A stretch of 64,000 bases of DNA from the NCBI RefSeq assembly GCF_009914755.1, contig NC_060930.1; one strand, given 5' to 3'. The stretch is from the human T2T-CHM13v2.0 reference genome, Homo sapiens. The position numbers and the translations under genes were made by a program. Below, piece by piece: positions 28,378 to 44,350 of the stretch (positions are counted from its first letter, which is position 1; every line of letters starts with the position of its first letter). Below the pieces are notes generated by a model. It was not told where the DNA came from. It worked only from the letters and a program-made list of their open reading frames with translations, and did not search any database.

Positions 28378-28670
28378 GGCTGGGCACTATGGCTCACTCT
28401 TGTAGTTCCAGCACTTTGGGAGTCTGAGGCAACCAGATCACTTGAGCCCAGGAGTTTAAGACTACCCTTGGAAAATGGCAAAACCCTATCTCTATAAAAA
28501 ATACAAAAAAATTAACTGGATGTGGTGATGCATGCCAGCAGTCCCAGATACTCGGGAGGCTGAAGTGGGAAGATTGCCTGAGCCCAGGAGGTTGAGGTTG
28601 CAGTGAGCCAAGAACGTACCACTACACTCCAGCCTGGGTGACAGAGCAAAACCCTATCTCAAAAAGAAAA
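28378..28670 (+). mobile_element. AluJ
   Basis: CACTTGAGCCCAGGAG J-type diagnostic; TSD TTACCTTTAACT on both sides. Confidence 0.93.
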
Positions 28671-28804
28671 TTACCTTTAACTTTTTGATCTATGGACCAT
28701 CTGGAATTAATTTTTGTGCATGGGGTGAGGTATGGATAAAATTTACGTTTTTTCCATATAGATATTCAATGAACCTAATGCTGTTTATTGAAAAGGCCAT
28801 CTTT

Positions 28805-29215
<411 letters not shown>

Positions 29216-29287
29216 TTATTCTATTCCATTGATCTATTTAGCTACCCTTATAATAATACCATGCTGCCCGAATCATTATAGCTTTAA

Positions 29288-29672
<385 letters not shown>

Positions 29673-30315
29673 TGACCTCATAATTTGTACACAAATTTTA
29701 GGATGGGTTTACCTACTTTCACAAAACTAATCAAATATTAATTCTGATTGTTTTATATTTATGCTTCAATTAAAAATGTTTATGTTTAAAATATGGAGTC
29801 TTTCAATCTATGAGTATAGCGCATTCCTTCATTTACTTAGGTGTCTATTTTCTCTCATAATGATCCTCATTTTGTCATAGCAGATTGTAGTATAGTCTCA
29901 AGGCTCTCTCCTGCCCACCTTATTTCCCTCCATTCCCCATCATTTGTGCATCTTTCTAAACTCTTTGAACTTTGTAGCATGTCTAGAATACAAAAGGCTA
30001 TTTCTTACTTCCTTGCCTTTGCATGATATTTTTTTTCCTATTTCTCAAAATTTTTCTTCTCTTCTGTGTCTTGCAATTTCCAGAAATAGTTGAAAACAAA
30101 GCTCAACTCCAATTGTCTCTGTTAAATCTTCCCTTGCAGAGTAAATGATATTGTCCTACAAGCACTGATAACACTTTTCCTATCACTGTATTTAATTAAT
30201 TTATATCACTGTTTCTTCCACTAAAATGAACTCCTCAAGGGGCAAGAACTGCATTTCATTTGCCTTTGTGCCACCAGTACCTTGCACAATTCTTAGCTGA
30301 GCAAGAGTTCAACTA

Positions 30316-30617
30316 GGCCAGGCACAGTGGCTCATGCCTGTGATCCCAACACTTTAGGAGGCCAAGGCAGGAGGATTGCTTGAGCCCAGGAGTTCAAGAC
30401 CAGCCTGGGCAACATGGCAAGACCCTCTCTCCATGAAAAAAAAAATTAAGAGAAAAAAAATTAGCTGGGTGTGGTGGCATACGCCTCTGGTCCCAACTAC
30501 TTGAGAATCTGAGGCAGGAGGATTGCTTAAGCCCAGGGGTTCAAGGCGGCAGTGAGCTGTGTTCATGCCACTGCACTCTAGCCTGGGTAACAGAGCAAGA
30601 TTATCTCAAAAAAAAAA
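30316..30617 (+). mobile_element. AluJ inside an L2 3' end
   Basis: GGATTGCTTGAGCCCAGGAG; degenerate TSD AGTT(C/T)AACTA; L2 terminus 'aatgaatgaatg' after the tail. Confidence 0.93.
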
Positions 30618-30861
30618 GTTTAACTATTATTTGCCAAATGAATGAATGTGTCCTCATTAGCTAATCTGAACCAATTTATGTACTCAGGCACACTAAATTA
30701 GACATAACTTTATATGACTTTCAGGTTTCAGTGTGTCTCAGGGTTACCTGGTATTTAAAATAAACTAAGAGAAAATATAACAAATATACCTTAAAATCCA
30801 CATCTCAAGAAAAATCTAAGAAACTTCCTATTTCTGCGTTCCCAAGTCTATTGTAGTTTAG

Positions 30862-31050
30862 TTTAGTGACTCTTGTGTATTCCACCGAACGACTACATCA
30901 GGATCATATGCAGTGAAATATCAGATCCCCTGGCCCCAAACCTGAACTCAGAACTTCCGAATCAGAAAAAAGGGGCTTGAATGTACGCATTTCTTACAAG
31001 TGTCTGAGATAATACTCATCGACATTGACTTTTGAGATTCACGAGCCTAG
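30862..31050. mobile_element. MER5A-like hAT MITE
   Basis: 'cagatcccctggcccca...gaatcagaa...gcatttcttacaag' pattern. Confidence 0.55.
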
Positions 31051-31603
31051 AAATGGCCTTTTGAGTCATTCTTTTAAATGAAAGCCCTAGATCTGCAAGC
31101 AGAACTATCCTTTGAGGATTATGGCTTTAGCATCTCTCCCTGGCTTTCGTTCCCTCTGGGAGGAGGCAGAGTAGTCTGAAATTAGGCTTCCAGAATTAGA
31201 GTAGTCTGAAGGCTTTAGCAGCAGGCTGTTTCAGTTAAAAACATAGAATATGTAAGAATCTAATATATCAGAGCTAAGGATAAAGGGAAGCCTAAAGAGA
31301 ACTGTGTCCTGTTATTATTACGGAAATCCTCCATATTGGATGCCAATCCAGGTCAAAGTTGATTGACTCCTTAGTTCCTGTCCATCCTAGTTTAACCATT
31401 GTGTTTCCACCTGTGGTGACATGGACATGGTCCAGAAACTGACACTTCCAATTCTATTTCAATTTTAAGAACACTTAAAGAGCAGTCCCTGAGGGTCAGG
31501 ATTGGCCATTCGTGGTAGTCCATATAAAAAGCAAAAGAAGAAGTAAGTGGATTATTTCTTCCCCATCCAGGGCACCATGGCCATCTGGATTGCAGATATA
31601 CAG

Positions 31604-31634
<31 letters not shown>

Positions 31635-31640
31635 TGTGTG
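31604..31640. repeat. (TG)n microsatellite
   Basis: ~14 perfect TG units plus an interrupted extension. Confidence 0.95.
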
Positions 31641-31714
31641 TTTTCTAGAAAGAAAATACTCATTTCTTGTCCCCCTTTTCCCTTCAACAATGTAAGCCAT
31701 TTTATTCCACCCAG

Positions 31715-31827
31715 GAGCTTTGTAATGAAAAAGGTCCCTTGTCTTTTGATGACTTCCAATGAATAATGGTTTGTAACACTAAAATGCCAAACTGCAGGGA
31801 AATGGAGGGAACTCGGTTGGTTTACAG
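31715..31827 (+). other. candidate non-coding internal exon
   Basis: acceptor ttttattccacccag| (alternative ttttctag| at 31648) and strong donor CAG|GTAAGC; stops in all three frames. Confidence 0.35.
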
Positions 31828-33024
31828 GTAAGCAAAGTCAGAACTAAGTAAAAACCCTTTAAACTCCTGGGCAGAATGCCAACTAGAAGAATATTTCAGC
31901 ATCACCTAATTATGATAAGGATTTTTTTATTTCTTCATTATAAATATCTTTCTACACTCACTTTGGCTTCCTGAAGTTTGCATGCTCAGAGATAGGTGAA
32001 TAACAGCATGAAGAGAGAAAACTGTGCTGCATTTGGAATCAAAGTGTTCAATTATTGGGAGAATGTAGTCCCTGGGACATATGCTGAGGCAGTAAGGGCT
32101 GGTCCATTTCCAGATGGAGCTCTTGCACCAAAACCACAGAAGGATTGTGAATTTGATTTCTCATCTAACAAAGCTTCATTTCAAATACAGCTTCCTGAGG
32201 ATCCTGCTCTGAAACAGATTTACAAGAGAGCCAACAAAGACCGTGTAAAAATAGTTCTAAGCAAAGATCATGTAATAAATGCATAATAATCTCTAGTATC
32301 TGTAGACTACCATAATTATCACTAAGTCAAATTACTCAATAATTCCAGACCAATGCTTCCATTGCTATTTGAGGGAAGATACTGATCACAAACGTGACAG
32401 TTCTTCTTTGGGGACAGGTCATATCAAGGTGTCAATATTAAGATGAAGCTTCCTTGAAACTTCTCTAATGTTGGAGCGTGATGAGCTTTAGAAAAATGGT
32501 GATAAGTAAAAGGGACCTACACTTCCCTACGATATTCAAAAGATCTTCTGAAATTAGCAGATATTAAAGAGTCATGAGCATGAAGGGTATAGTCTAACCC
32601 AATACCGGCTGCACAGTTAAATGTGCCTAAAATGTGACATATATCGGTGGTATCAAAATTTCCAGCAAAGGAATAGAGACCCCAGTGCTCGTGAAATCAT
32701 GAATTGCCCACAGTCAATTCCAGGACGAAATTTACTCACATGGAATGATATTAATATTTGCTCAGAGTAGACTATTAGTTCTCAAAATATTGTGAAAGCA
32801 AATATGTCAGAAACACTAGAGGCAATTCTCTGATCACTGACACAATGTTCATCTTAGTAAAGGTATGATAGAACCTGAAATTAATTTTGTTAATTCTATA
32901 TGTGAAACAAAGATGAGGTGTCTAATATGAGTCCCAGCTGCAGTGAGTTGAGATATAGGCGGGATAATGAATCATCTGATGTCTAATGTACATCATAATC
33001 ATTATATCACTGGCAGAGCACAGG

Positions 33025-33397
33025 CAGTGTCTCTCAACCCAGGTAGCCTATGCTGGGGAGTTTTAAAAATATTGATGACTGTGGTTCTCCCCTCTTATTC
33101 TTATTATTTAATAAATCTGGGGTATGCCCTGGGAATCAGTATTTTTTAAAGCTCCCCCAGGTGACTGTAATGTACTACCAAGGCCATGTGCCACTAATCA
33201 CTGGTGTAGGGCATTGTTTCTCAACTTTGTACATGTTAAAAATCACCTGAGAAACTTTATAAATATCCCAATGTAGTCTGTATCCCAATGTAGTCATCCC
33301 AGACCAATTAAATCAGAATGAGAAACTTCTAGATATAGGATTAAAAAAAAAGAGTCAGCCTAGGTCATTGCATTTTGCAACCAGGGTTGGGAGTTAC
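33025..33397. mobile_element. two adjacent MER5-like MITEs
   Basis: two 'cagtgtctctcaac/cattgtttctcaac' starts, 'aagctcccccaggtga', 'cccagaccaattaaatcagaat'. Confidence 0.6.
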
Positions 33398-33780
33398 AGA
33401 CAAAGGGTTAGCTTTCTCACAAAGCAAGTTAAATGCATTTTAGTAGCTTTCTAATTTAAAGAATTCTTGCCTGTAAAACATTATTTTGATTGTCAGGAGT
33501 CTATCATATATATGTATACGTATTCATTCATACACATACGCTCATGATGGGATTGCATTGAACTTGAATATTTGTATCAGAATTTCAACATCAGAAAATA
33601 CTGGCAGAAAAGGCACTGGAGTTTCTTTTTTCCTTTTTAATTTGTAAAACTGGGACAGATGATTCTCATCTCAGGTTCTGTGAGTAGAAAATCTTTCCTC
33701 CAGGAGATACTGTCATTCAGCTGTTCAAATCCTAACGTGCTTAAAAATTGCTGATGTGCTACTTTTTTTTCTTTCCAAAG

Positions 33781-33927
33781 GAGTTGGTTATGAAACATCT
33801 AAAAATGAAGCATGAAACAAAAGAGAGAGTTAACTTATAATTGCTCTGTTGAAACATTTCGTGCAGATCTTGGCAGATTGGTGAATCCATTTGCAAATCT
33901 CGAAATTTGGAAATCAGCAGTTCTTAG
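33781..33927 (+). other. candidate non-coding exon (or start of a terminal exon; AATAAA at 34007-34012)
   Basis: branch-like CTAAC/CTGAT, T-rich tract 'tttttttctttccaaag|', donor TAG|GTATAC. Confidence 0.3.
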
Positions 33928-35058
33928 GTATACAGAGTCATTATATTCAAGGATTATGTCACTGTATTTGCAAATGCTAAGTGGGTTTTGAACAAATGAA
34001 AGATTGAATAAAAGATTAATTAATATTATATGTACCAAACGTATCACTAGGTGCTTCTAAAATCTTTTACTCATGTAACACTGATAAAATTTCTGTGATT
34101 CATAATTTTATTATACATGTTTTTAAAATTAAGAAAATGCAAGCTCATAGAAGTTAAGGAATTTTCTCAATATCATACCACTACAAAGTATCAGAGATAG
34201 ATGATCTCAGATCATCTGCTCCATTGAAGGGCCAGTTTTCGTTAATATGTCCAATAAGGTTTTTTTTCTCCTTATTTCCTCTATCTCTACATAACTAACA
34301 TTTGTGAATGGCCTTCTATACCCTCATTTAATTGATGATAAATGCACAATATGGTCTCCATTAACCAGAACTCAAGGGATTGTGACCTTCTGCTGGTGTC
34401 AATCCCTTTGCTGTTCCAGTTTCTGTTAGATCATCCTAAAATGTATCATTTAGAAATTTTGCCTTAGTAGGTACAGGTCAGTGAATAAAATTTCTACTTT
34501 GATGATTTATTGCTTTTCAGAGCCCACGGGGAAAATCAGGTACCACTGTAAAACATAGAAAAAGATAAACTTTTTCAGGTCATTTATGAGTTCCTCCTAA
34601 AAGCAATGTTCAGGAAAATATTAAGTTAATCAAAACATCATATAATATTTTATTGATAGCAGAGGCCAAATGTTTAATTTTATGTATCTTCAGTACATAG
34701 CAACATAACTTCCATCCAGCAGGCAATTGGCAGATTGTTGTGGCAAGGATAGCAATAGAGATTTGAGGCTTTCTGATATTACCTACCTATACCAACCGTT
34801 TCTCTAATTCTATTTTTTTATTTTAATCTCAGATATGCATAGGCACGGACACACAACATTATGGAGGGAAAAGAAAACCTCTTGTTAAATACTTTTACCT
34901 TGAAGAGAAAATTTCATTCTCCAAGAATGCTTATATATTCAAAGGCTTTAAAAATAATACTTTTAAGTCTGGGGTAAAGGATGCTCAAGTGTTCATCTGG
35001 AAACAGCTGGACATTCTTAGAAAATGCCTCTTTTACTTATCCCTATTCATTCCCACTA

Positions 35059-35528
35059 TGTTAGTTTCCTATTGTGCTGTAACAAATTACCACAAGCAAT
35101 GATGTAAAACAACACAATTTTATTATCTTATGGTCTGTAGGTTCAGATCTCTACCATGGTTCTTACCGATCTAAAATCAAGGTGTTGGCAGGGCTATATG
35201 CCTTTCTGGAGGCAGAATCTGATTCCTTTCATTTTTCAGCTTCTAGGGAATGTCTTCATTTCTTGGCTAGTGGTCCCTTCCTCAATTTTCAAAGCCAACA
35301 ACAATACATCTCCCTGATATTTCTTCCATTCTCACATCTCTCTCTCACCTCAACCAGGACAAGGGATTAGGTTGGGCCCAACTGTACAATTCAGGAAAAC
35401 TTTTTCATCTCAGGGACCTTAACTTACCTGGAAAAAGAGCCTTTGCAGATTAAGGTAACATATCCACAGGTTTCAGGAATTAGAGGACAATATTTGGGGG
35501 GAAAAGGGGCAATGTTTTGCCTACCACA
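35059..35528 (-). mobile_element. MLT1D-like MaLR LTR
   Basis: 'ttagtttcctattgtgctgtaacaaattaccaca', 'aaaatcaaggtgttggcagggct', end 'gcctaccaca'. Confidence 0.85.
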
Positions 35529-37109
35529 CCCTTTTTTATCCAATGTCCTCTAGCCTTCTCTCTTTTCTAATATCTTCAGATTTTTTTTTTTTTTTTGTGG
35601 TGCTGTGGGGAAAACTACATATTTGCTGCAGCCCAAAGTGGCATTATTGGTATAAGGAACTCTGAGATCTGAAATATCTCTTCATGATTTTGGAGGCAGG
35701 AAATTCTGGGACATTTGAAGAGTGAAAAATCTCAAAGATAGATCAGTTGTAACAACCAAAAGGAGAGACGAAAAGATTGGAACAGAAAGCAGGATGTGAA
35801 CAGACTATTTATGAGCACTGGGCATGGATCATCAGCCTCTCTGAAAGGAGAGGAGGCAAGGGTAAAACTTTCTCCAGTATATCGTGTCAAGGATGCTGCC
35901 CTTCATTGCAAAGGCTGAAGGGGAAGAGCAGTCCACTTCCTTTTGCAGATGGTGGGATATTATTCCATGGTGGTGCTCAACTCTTCTGATACCTGTAAGA
36001 CTTCTCTCCAATAAACTAGAGTGAAGTGAAAAGATATTTAAGTTAAACAAAAACCAAATCTCTCTTTTCTCCTTCATATTCATCTTCTTTCCAACCCACC
36101 TCTGTAAAGGTACAAGAGCCCACTTGTGTTCTACAGTAATTGCCATTAAAGCAGACCTGCATTCTGAGACACAGAAGAGAATTAAGTGAACAAGGAACAA
36201 GTCCCTATTATGTGTCAGACCCTCTCCCTCTCTCTTAGTTCTTTTAATATTGAGTTAATATTGGTAAGCTTTTGGAAGGAATCTCAGGATGAATAACACT
36301 TGAGAAGTAGCAGTGAGAGATTTGAATTTAAGCTCTTTCTCCAAAGACCTGTTTTTTTTTTCCCTCCCCAAAACTGATTAGGCAGCGGAGCAGGCATTGG
36401 CTGAAATTTTGTAATATTGATTAAAGTTAAGATGTAGGCAACAATGAAGAATTACTAGTTTTCCTTAAAGTTTTTTAACATTTTAAGAACAGTATTTGGA
36501 TGCAGAATACAATAAATGATTGCTATTAATATTTAGAGTCTTGATTTAAATTACCATTAAAGCCTTTCTTTCTGCACATTAGAAAAGCAGCCACGGCATG
36601 TACGCAATAATGTATTTCTCACTCAGCTTATTCAATGGTGCAACTATTATGTAAAAGGCTATGAGTTAATCTTGAAGAAGATGCAAAGTATAAAGGACAT
36701 GATTTTGGCTTCAAAGATCATATGGCATAGGGGAGGATCACACAATAGAACAAATAAAATGAAAGGTAAAATATAAATGCCATAAGGGTGATGGTGCAAA
36801 GTGCTATGAAAATATATTATCCAAGGCACTCAGGATAGATTTCATGAAATGGTATTTGCTTCATCATAAGTTGTGACATATTTACAGGATCTGGCAAAAC
36901 AAAAAACAAGAAGATGGAGGCAGTAATAGGCAGAGGCCTGAGGAGACAGATATAGATGGCTGATTAATGAGATTCCCTAGCGTTCCCATTGCCCATATGC
37001 TAGACTGAGTCATCATGATCAGTGGAGCTTCGCAGAGAAAACTTCAGATCACTGTAATCTGAGTCATTAGTCAGTTTCCAAAAATAAGATCATTTTACAT
37101 AGGTAAAGA

Positions 37110-37460
37110 TTATATGGTAGATTAATTGTAAAAATAGCCCAAACTTCCCACTGCTTTTCATATCCAAACTTTTTGCAATGTCATACAGCTTTCCTCATCA
37201 AGAGACTGCAGGGGTGGAGGAACGTATCTCTTTCTCCAACCCTTAAACATGGTTTGACCCTATGATTTGCACTGGCCAAAAGAATGCAAGTAAAAGTGTG
37301 TGTTGGTTCAAGAAGACTTAAACAATTCCACTTCCTTTTTTGGAAAATCGCCAAAACCATGGGACTAAGCATAGAGCACATGAAATAGGGCTAAGTCATT
37401 CCAGTTGTTTCAACTGAGTCCTGAGATATAGGAGACAGTCCAGCTAGAGCAACATAACTG
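37110..37460 (+). mobile_element. MLT1F/G/H-like LTR fragment
   Basis: 'cagctttcctcatcaagag', 'ctggccaaaagaatg'. Confidence 0.55.
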
Positions 37461-37479
37461 GAAGTCAAAAAGGAGGAGG

Positions 37480-39125
<1,646 letters not shown>

Positions 39126-40120
39126 AAGAATGTGTCTTACCCCATTCTTAACACCAGCTCCATTTAGATAAATATAACATATACCCAGTGTGTTAATTAG
39201 GAAATAATGATCTTAAGAAAGAACATTCTGTAGAATAACATCTGGCTAGGTGAATTTATATCTTGAGATTTTTAATTAAAATTGGTGCTGCCTTCCTCTT
39301 TTCTGAAATGGAAATGTGAACACAAATGAGTTTCATCTAGAAGGGAAATCCACAGCTATTACAAGTTCCTTTTCTTGATTAAGATGATACAACAAGGAAC
39401 ACAAATGAAGCACCCAAATAAAAATAGACTGTCTATACTTGTGTTATTCCTGAATGTCTGATGAATGATGCATTGTGGTTACCTAGATATGTTAGCTACA
39501 TGGACAACTGAGCACTAACCCCCTGCTTTATAATTCTTTCAGTCCTTATTGAACATGAAGAATCAAAAACAGAAAACATTCTAAGTGATATTTATAAGTG
39601 GGTTGAGAGATAGCAGAGAAAGAGACTATTTTAGCAAATGGAAAATAATAAATCTGGTTTCAGACATATTAAATTAGAGGTGCCTATAGAATCTCCAGTT
39701 GAAGATATCCAGTAAGTAGATAGTGCCACAAGCTTGAGCTTTAATAAAAGTCAGTGGTGCTGCTGGGGATATGGATGTGGAAAGAAAGATTGGGAGGTTG
39801 AAGAGAAGAGAAGGGGAAAGAAGGAAATGGTTAATATCTATTATATACTTTTTTAAAGTTGTATGGTTAAAGAAAGGAAAACTTAAAGAGAACTTGCTAG
39901 GGATAAAAAAGGCCAGAATATATTTCCCAGCTGAAGCATAGAAATTAGCAAAGAGAATTAAGTATAAGATAGAAACACTGGATTTGTGTGGTCTCCATGG
40001 AGATGGAAATGCAATAAAGAGCACAACCCGAGTGGCAACGTTGAATTTGAAAAGGAAGAAGATATTGATCTGGGGAATACAGGAAAGAGAACTGGCTGGA
40101 TTCAAATTATTGTCTATCTT

Positions 40121-40152
40121 ACACACACACACACACATACACATACACACAC
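40121..40152. repeat. (CA)n microsatellite
   Basis: acacacacacacacacatacacatacacacac. Confidence 0.9.
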
Positions 40153-40804
40153 CACTCTCATATTTAAAGTTTGACAGCAAGAAAATTGAAGGGGCTTGAG
40201 AGGACAGAAAAAACTGGGGTAAAGTCAGAGGCTTTCTTACAAAGCTGACATTTATAAACTTGTAAAGGCCCACTCTGAAACTTTATTACAAAATTACTCA
40301 ACAACACTGATGACCTGGAAGCAAGAGTTGAATGACAACTGGTTTATTAGGAATTTCATTTGGGATTAGTGTATGACCAATATAAGAGGAAACTTTCATA
40401 TGACCTTTTGTGTTTGAAACTTGTGACATATCTATTGATTGGGCATCTAAAGATTGCAAAGCAAGGATTTGGGAAAACTTTTAGAGCAAGAAAAATAGTA
40501 GCTAATGGGGACCTTTTGGGTGTTAGAGAAGGAAATAAGGCCATTGAGTATGGAAGATTAATTTTCAAGGTGGATGTCCTGCTGGAGAGAGAAGGAATTC
40601 ACTGGAGAAAGAACATTTAGTATGTTTAGGGACTGGAGAACTTGGAGGAACAGGCTCAGAACCAAGTTTATGTCAGAGGAAGGAATAGTGGCTGAAAATG
40701 TACTGTGAGAAGCTTATAAAAATTGTCTTCCTTATGATTTTTTATTTCTAACTACAGTTCTACATCTTCAGTACCACCTTCCTTTTTCCATCTCATTCAG
40801 TGCA

Positions 40805-40982
40805 CTGGGACAATGGAAGAAGCAAATATAGATGTGAGGGAGGACAGTAGAGGCCATGTTTTCTTTTTGGTCCGTGGATCTCAAAATCAACACCTGGGAC
40901 AATGGAAGAAGCAAATATAGATGTGAGGGAGAACAGTAGAGGCCATGTTTTCTTTTTGGTCCGTGGATCTCAAAATCAACAC
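40805..40982. repeat. 89-bp tandem duplication, 2 copies, 1 mismatch
   Basis: units 40805-40893 and 40894-40982 differ only at GAGGACAG/GAGAACAG. Confidence 0.97.
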
Positions 40983-42399
40983 ATGGGACAGGGTAGAGGG
41001 GAGGAAATGGATCAGAGGTGGGAGGTAGGAGTGAGAAGATCTGAGTAAAATTGGAAACTGAAAATAAGGTCCCAGTGAATGGTGATGGGAGCAATTTGAG
41101 CTTTAGGTTCTCCTAAGTACGAAATGGCCTTACGTTGGATATGTGTGTACGTGCCCCAAACCGACTATTCATTCTGTTTATTTACTACTAGTGTAAATAT
41201 TCTGTGTATACTATCATAATGTTATTGTCATTGTTTTCAAGACTTATATTGGCTAAGTGGTACCGGGGTTCTGGGTTCTGGTCACCTGTGAGCCAGGAAA
41301 TTTTTCATTGATATTCTCTCTGATCACTTCCAATCCTCTTTATTTCATACTTGGCTTTTAATATTCACTTGAAGAAGAAGAAAAATATATGTGTGTACAT
41401 TTATATACACACATAAGACAGCTGAATGAAGCAATTTTGTATATCTGAGATCTGAATTCAGTGTGCTTGTCATTTAAACGCTCTATTTGCATGAGATGTA
41501 TTAAATACTTCTTAAGAGAACAGGGCCCTAGGGGTCATATTTTCTTAAAACAAGACATATACTTCCATTATGTGCTTCTGTGTCTGAAAAGGATGCACAA
41601 GTTATATGTATGGAAGTGAAGAATAGTAATACTGAAATGCATCTTATTCCTGAAGGACTTTTCACAGTTGTGAACTACTTTACTTTGTATTACTCAAGTT
41701 GATTTTTTTTATCTCTGTGAAATGGTAATAGAGTTTTATGCCGATCACCATAATATAATGATGGCCTGAAATAGAGCAAGAGTTCCCATACAATTTTAAA
41801 TGATTCATAGCCACTTATAGAATTGAGATCCTTATTACAACTTTTAAAAAGTAAATACAAATGTGTAAAAAAATAGGGCCAAGGTCTGTCATATCCTTAT
41901 GTATCCAGCTACTATCAAGACGATAATCTCTGGCAGCTGATTAACATGGAGGAAGACATATGTAAGTTGAAAAAGTTCACTTTTAACGTGCTCTGCTAAT
42001 GTCTCTCTACCTAGTAATTTGGTGAAATAATTTAGTGAGTGCTTCCACAGTAAATAGGTTTATCTTCAAACCTAATGCTCTTTTCCATCTTAACTGAGCA
42101 TAAAATTATATCTTTAAAGATCTGCAAGTAAGAAAGGCTTGATGCCTCTTGAGCAGTTCAGTGTGACATATGGTTTTAAATGCAACAATTTTATCTGTAT
42201 CACACAGTATCTGCAAATTTGAGCTAATGTTCCTGTGGAAACAAGAAGGGATTTATGCCCAAAACTAAAGAAGAAGAAGAAAGAATCTTTTTAGCTGCCA
42301 TATGTAGAACACTGAAAACTGTATATAAATAGAAAACAATATTGACACTTATGCATCTATAATTTCTTTGGAAACATGTTTTTATGTCTAACTATTCAA

Positions 42400-42742
42400 A
42401 CATTTATGGTAACAGAAACCTTGAATAAAAATTCCTACAGGGGTCAGGCAGGTAATAAATATACATGAGTGAAACAGGCCCAGTGAGGATTAAGGTAAAC
42501 CTGAGCGGGTTGCCCTGTCTTAAGCTGGCAAATGTTTCACAAAATCCAACAGACTGTTGCTATGGAATACTGTTGGCCTGCGGTTGCCAGATCTGCCAAA
42601 TTTTCAAGAGATGCCCCGTAATTTGATCTCATGTAAATTCTCACAATCATATTGGCAACAGGATTTATTTTTAACACAAAGTGTTTTAAAATAACTATTC
42701 AGGTCATAGTTGGCATGTGGGCTGCTGATTTGTAACCACTGA
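42400..42742. mobile_element. hAT-type MITE (MER102-like)
   Basis: 'caggggtcaggcaggtaa', 'gttgccagatct', 'gtgggctgctgatttgtaaccactg'. Confidence 0.5.
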
Positions 42743-42874
42743 TGTCTGATGTATGTTGTTAGATTAATGAAAAAACAAATGGTGGGAGGGTGGAAAGTAA
42801 AGGAAGAAGGGAAAAAGGAAGGAAAGAAGGGAAAAAGGGAGAAGAAAATCAGTTTTCCACAATATACATAAGGA

Positions 42875-43152
42875 TTTTTTTTAATTTTTATGGGTACATA
42901 ATATGTGTATATATTTATGGGGTACATGAGATGTTTTGATACAGACATGCAATGTGAAAGAAACACATCATGAAGAATGGGGTATTCATCCCCTCAAGCA
43001 TTTATCCATTGAATTGCAAACAATCCCACTATACTCTTTAAGTTATTTAAAATGTACAGTTATTATTGACTATAGACTCCCTGTTGTGCTATCAAATAGT
43101 AGGTATTGTTCATTCTATCTATTTTTCTTAATACCCATTAAGCACCCCCACT
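42875..43152 (-). mobile_element. L1MA 3' end fragment
   Basis: 'tatttatggggtacatgagatgttttgatacagacatgcaatg...catcccctcaagcatttatcc'. Confidence 0.85.
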
Positions 43153-43309
43153 AGTCTCAATAAAGAAAATATCAGGAGTTCTAATTTGAATTTTAATACG
43201 AATGAAAATAAAGTTTATTAAAGGATATATGAAACTGATTAAGCCTTGGAACTTCATTTCTTTCTGATGAACTGTATACACCTGGTAAAGAGTGCAAACC
43301 TCAGATAGA

Positions 43310-44350
43310 CCATGGAATTGATTTTGTATATTGTGTGAGACAGGGATTAAGATTTATTCTTTTCAAAATTGATATAATATTGACCTCATACCATGTATTG
43401 AAAAGACCATTCTTTCCACAATAGTCAACAATGTCATCTTTATTGTAAATCAAATCTATATATAATATACAAATGTATACACACACACATTGACATCTAC
43501 AGGGAAAGAAAGAAGGAAAGAAAGAATGAAAGAAAGAAAGAAAAAGACAGAAAAGAGGGAGGAAGGAAGGAAGAAAGGATAGTTCTTGACTCCATGTTAT
43601 ATTCCATTATTTGACTATTGCAACAGTACCACACTGTCTTGATTAGTGTAGTTTCATAATAAGTCATATTTGGTAGTGTCTTTCCACTTTGATGGTAGTG
43701 GTGTTTTGTTTTGTTTTTTTCCTAGAATGTCTTGGGTGTATGTAGCCGTACATATTAACATATACATTTTAAATGATCTTGTTAATTTCCAATTCCTTTG
43801 GAAAGCATTTGAGTACATAGTTAAACCTGTGTACCCAGGCACTCCACTTTAAGTACCTTCCCCAAAGCACTGTAAGCATGATGTAGCAAAAGACATTCAA
43901 GAATCCTCATAACAGCACTCTGAAATAGGCAAAATCTAGAAAAATTAAAATGTTCAATACAGTAGAATGAATACATTGTCTTATATTTATACAAGTAAAT
44001 GCTACACATAGCAATGAAAATGAACTACTACTATAAGTAATGATATGGATGAATCTTACAATATTGAATTAAAGAAACGAGATACATTTGAGTATAAATT
44101 GTGATTCTATGTATACAAACCTTAGAAACCAGCAAAGTAAATTGATGGTATTAGAAGTCAGTATATCAGCTCTCTTTGGAGTGTAAGTAATGACTGAGAG
44201 TGGTATAGGGAGGGTAATTGGGTACTTGTAATCTTCTTGGCCTGTGTGCTAGTTACACAAGAGGATTTATTTTGTGAAAATTTCTCAAGCTGTACATTTA
44301 TGATTTATGTACTCTTTTTCTATGCATCTTGTACCTCAATGAAAATTATT
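43310..44350. mobile_element. L1ME-like fragments, antisense (43310-43790) then sense (43795-44350), with an embedded (GAAA)/(GGAA) tract
   Basis: ORF2 antisense motifs followed by sense 3'UTR 'ttctcaagctgtacattttatgattt'. Confidence 0.6.

Noticed and set aside
31996-32286. 96-aa ORF with protein-like composition
   Set aside because: No recognisable homology and no convincing splice sites or poly-A/TSD; a BLASTX or PhyloCSF hit would be needed
39674-40273. Longest ORF (199 aa)
   Set aside because: Crosses a (CA)n repeat and L2-like relic; composition reflects the pyrimidine-rich strand; no family resemblance
40805-40990. Direct repeats considered as a CRISPR-like array
   Set aside because: Two adjacent units with no spacers, in eukaryotic DNA with no cas genes
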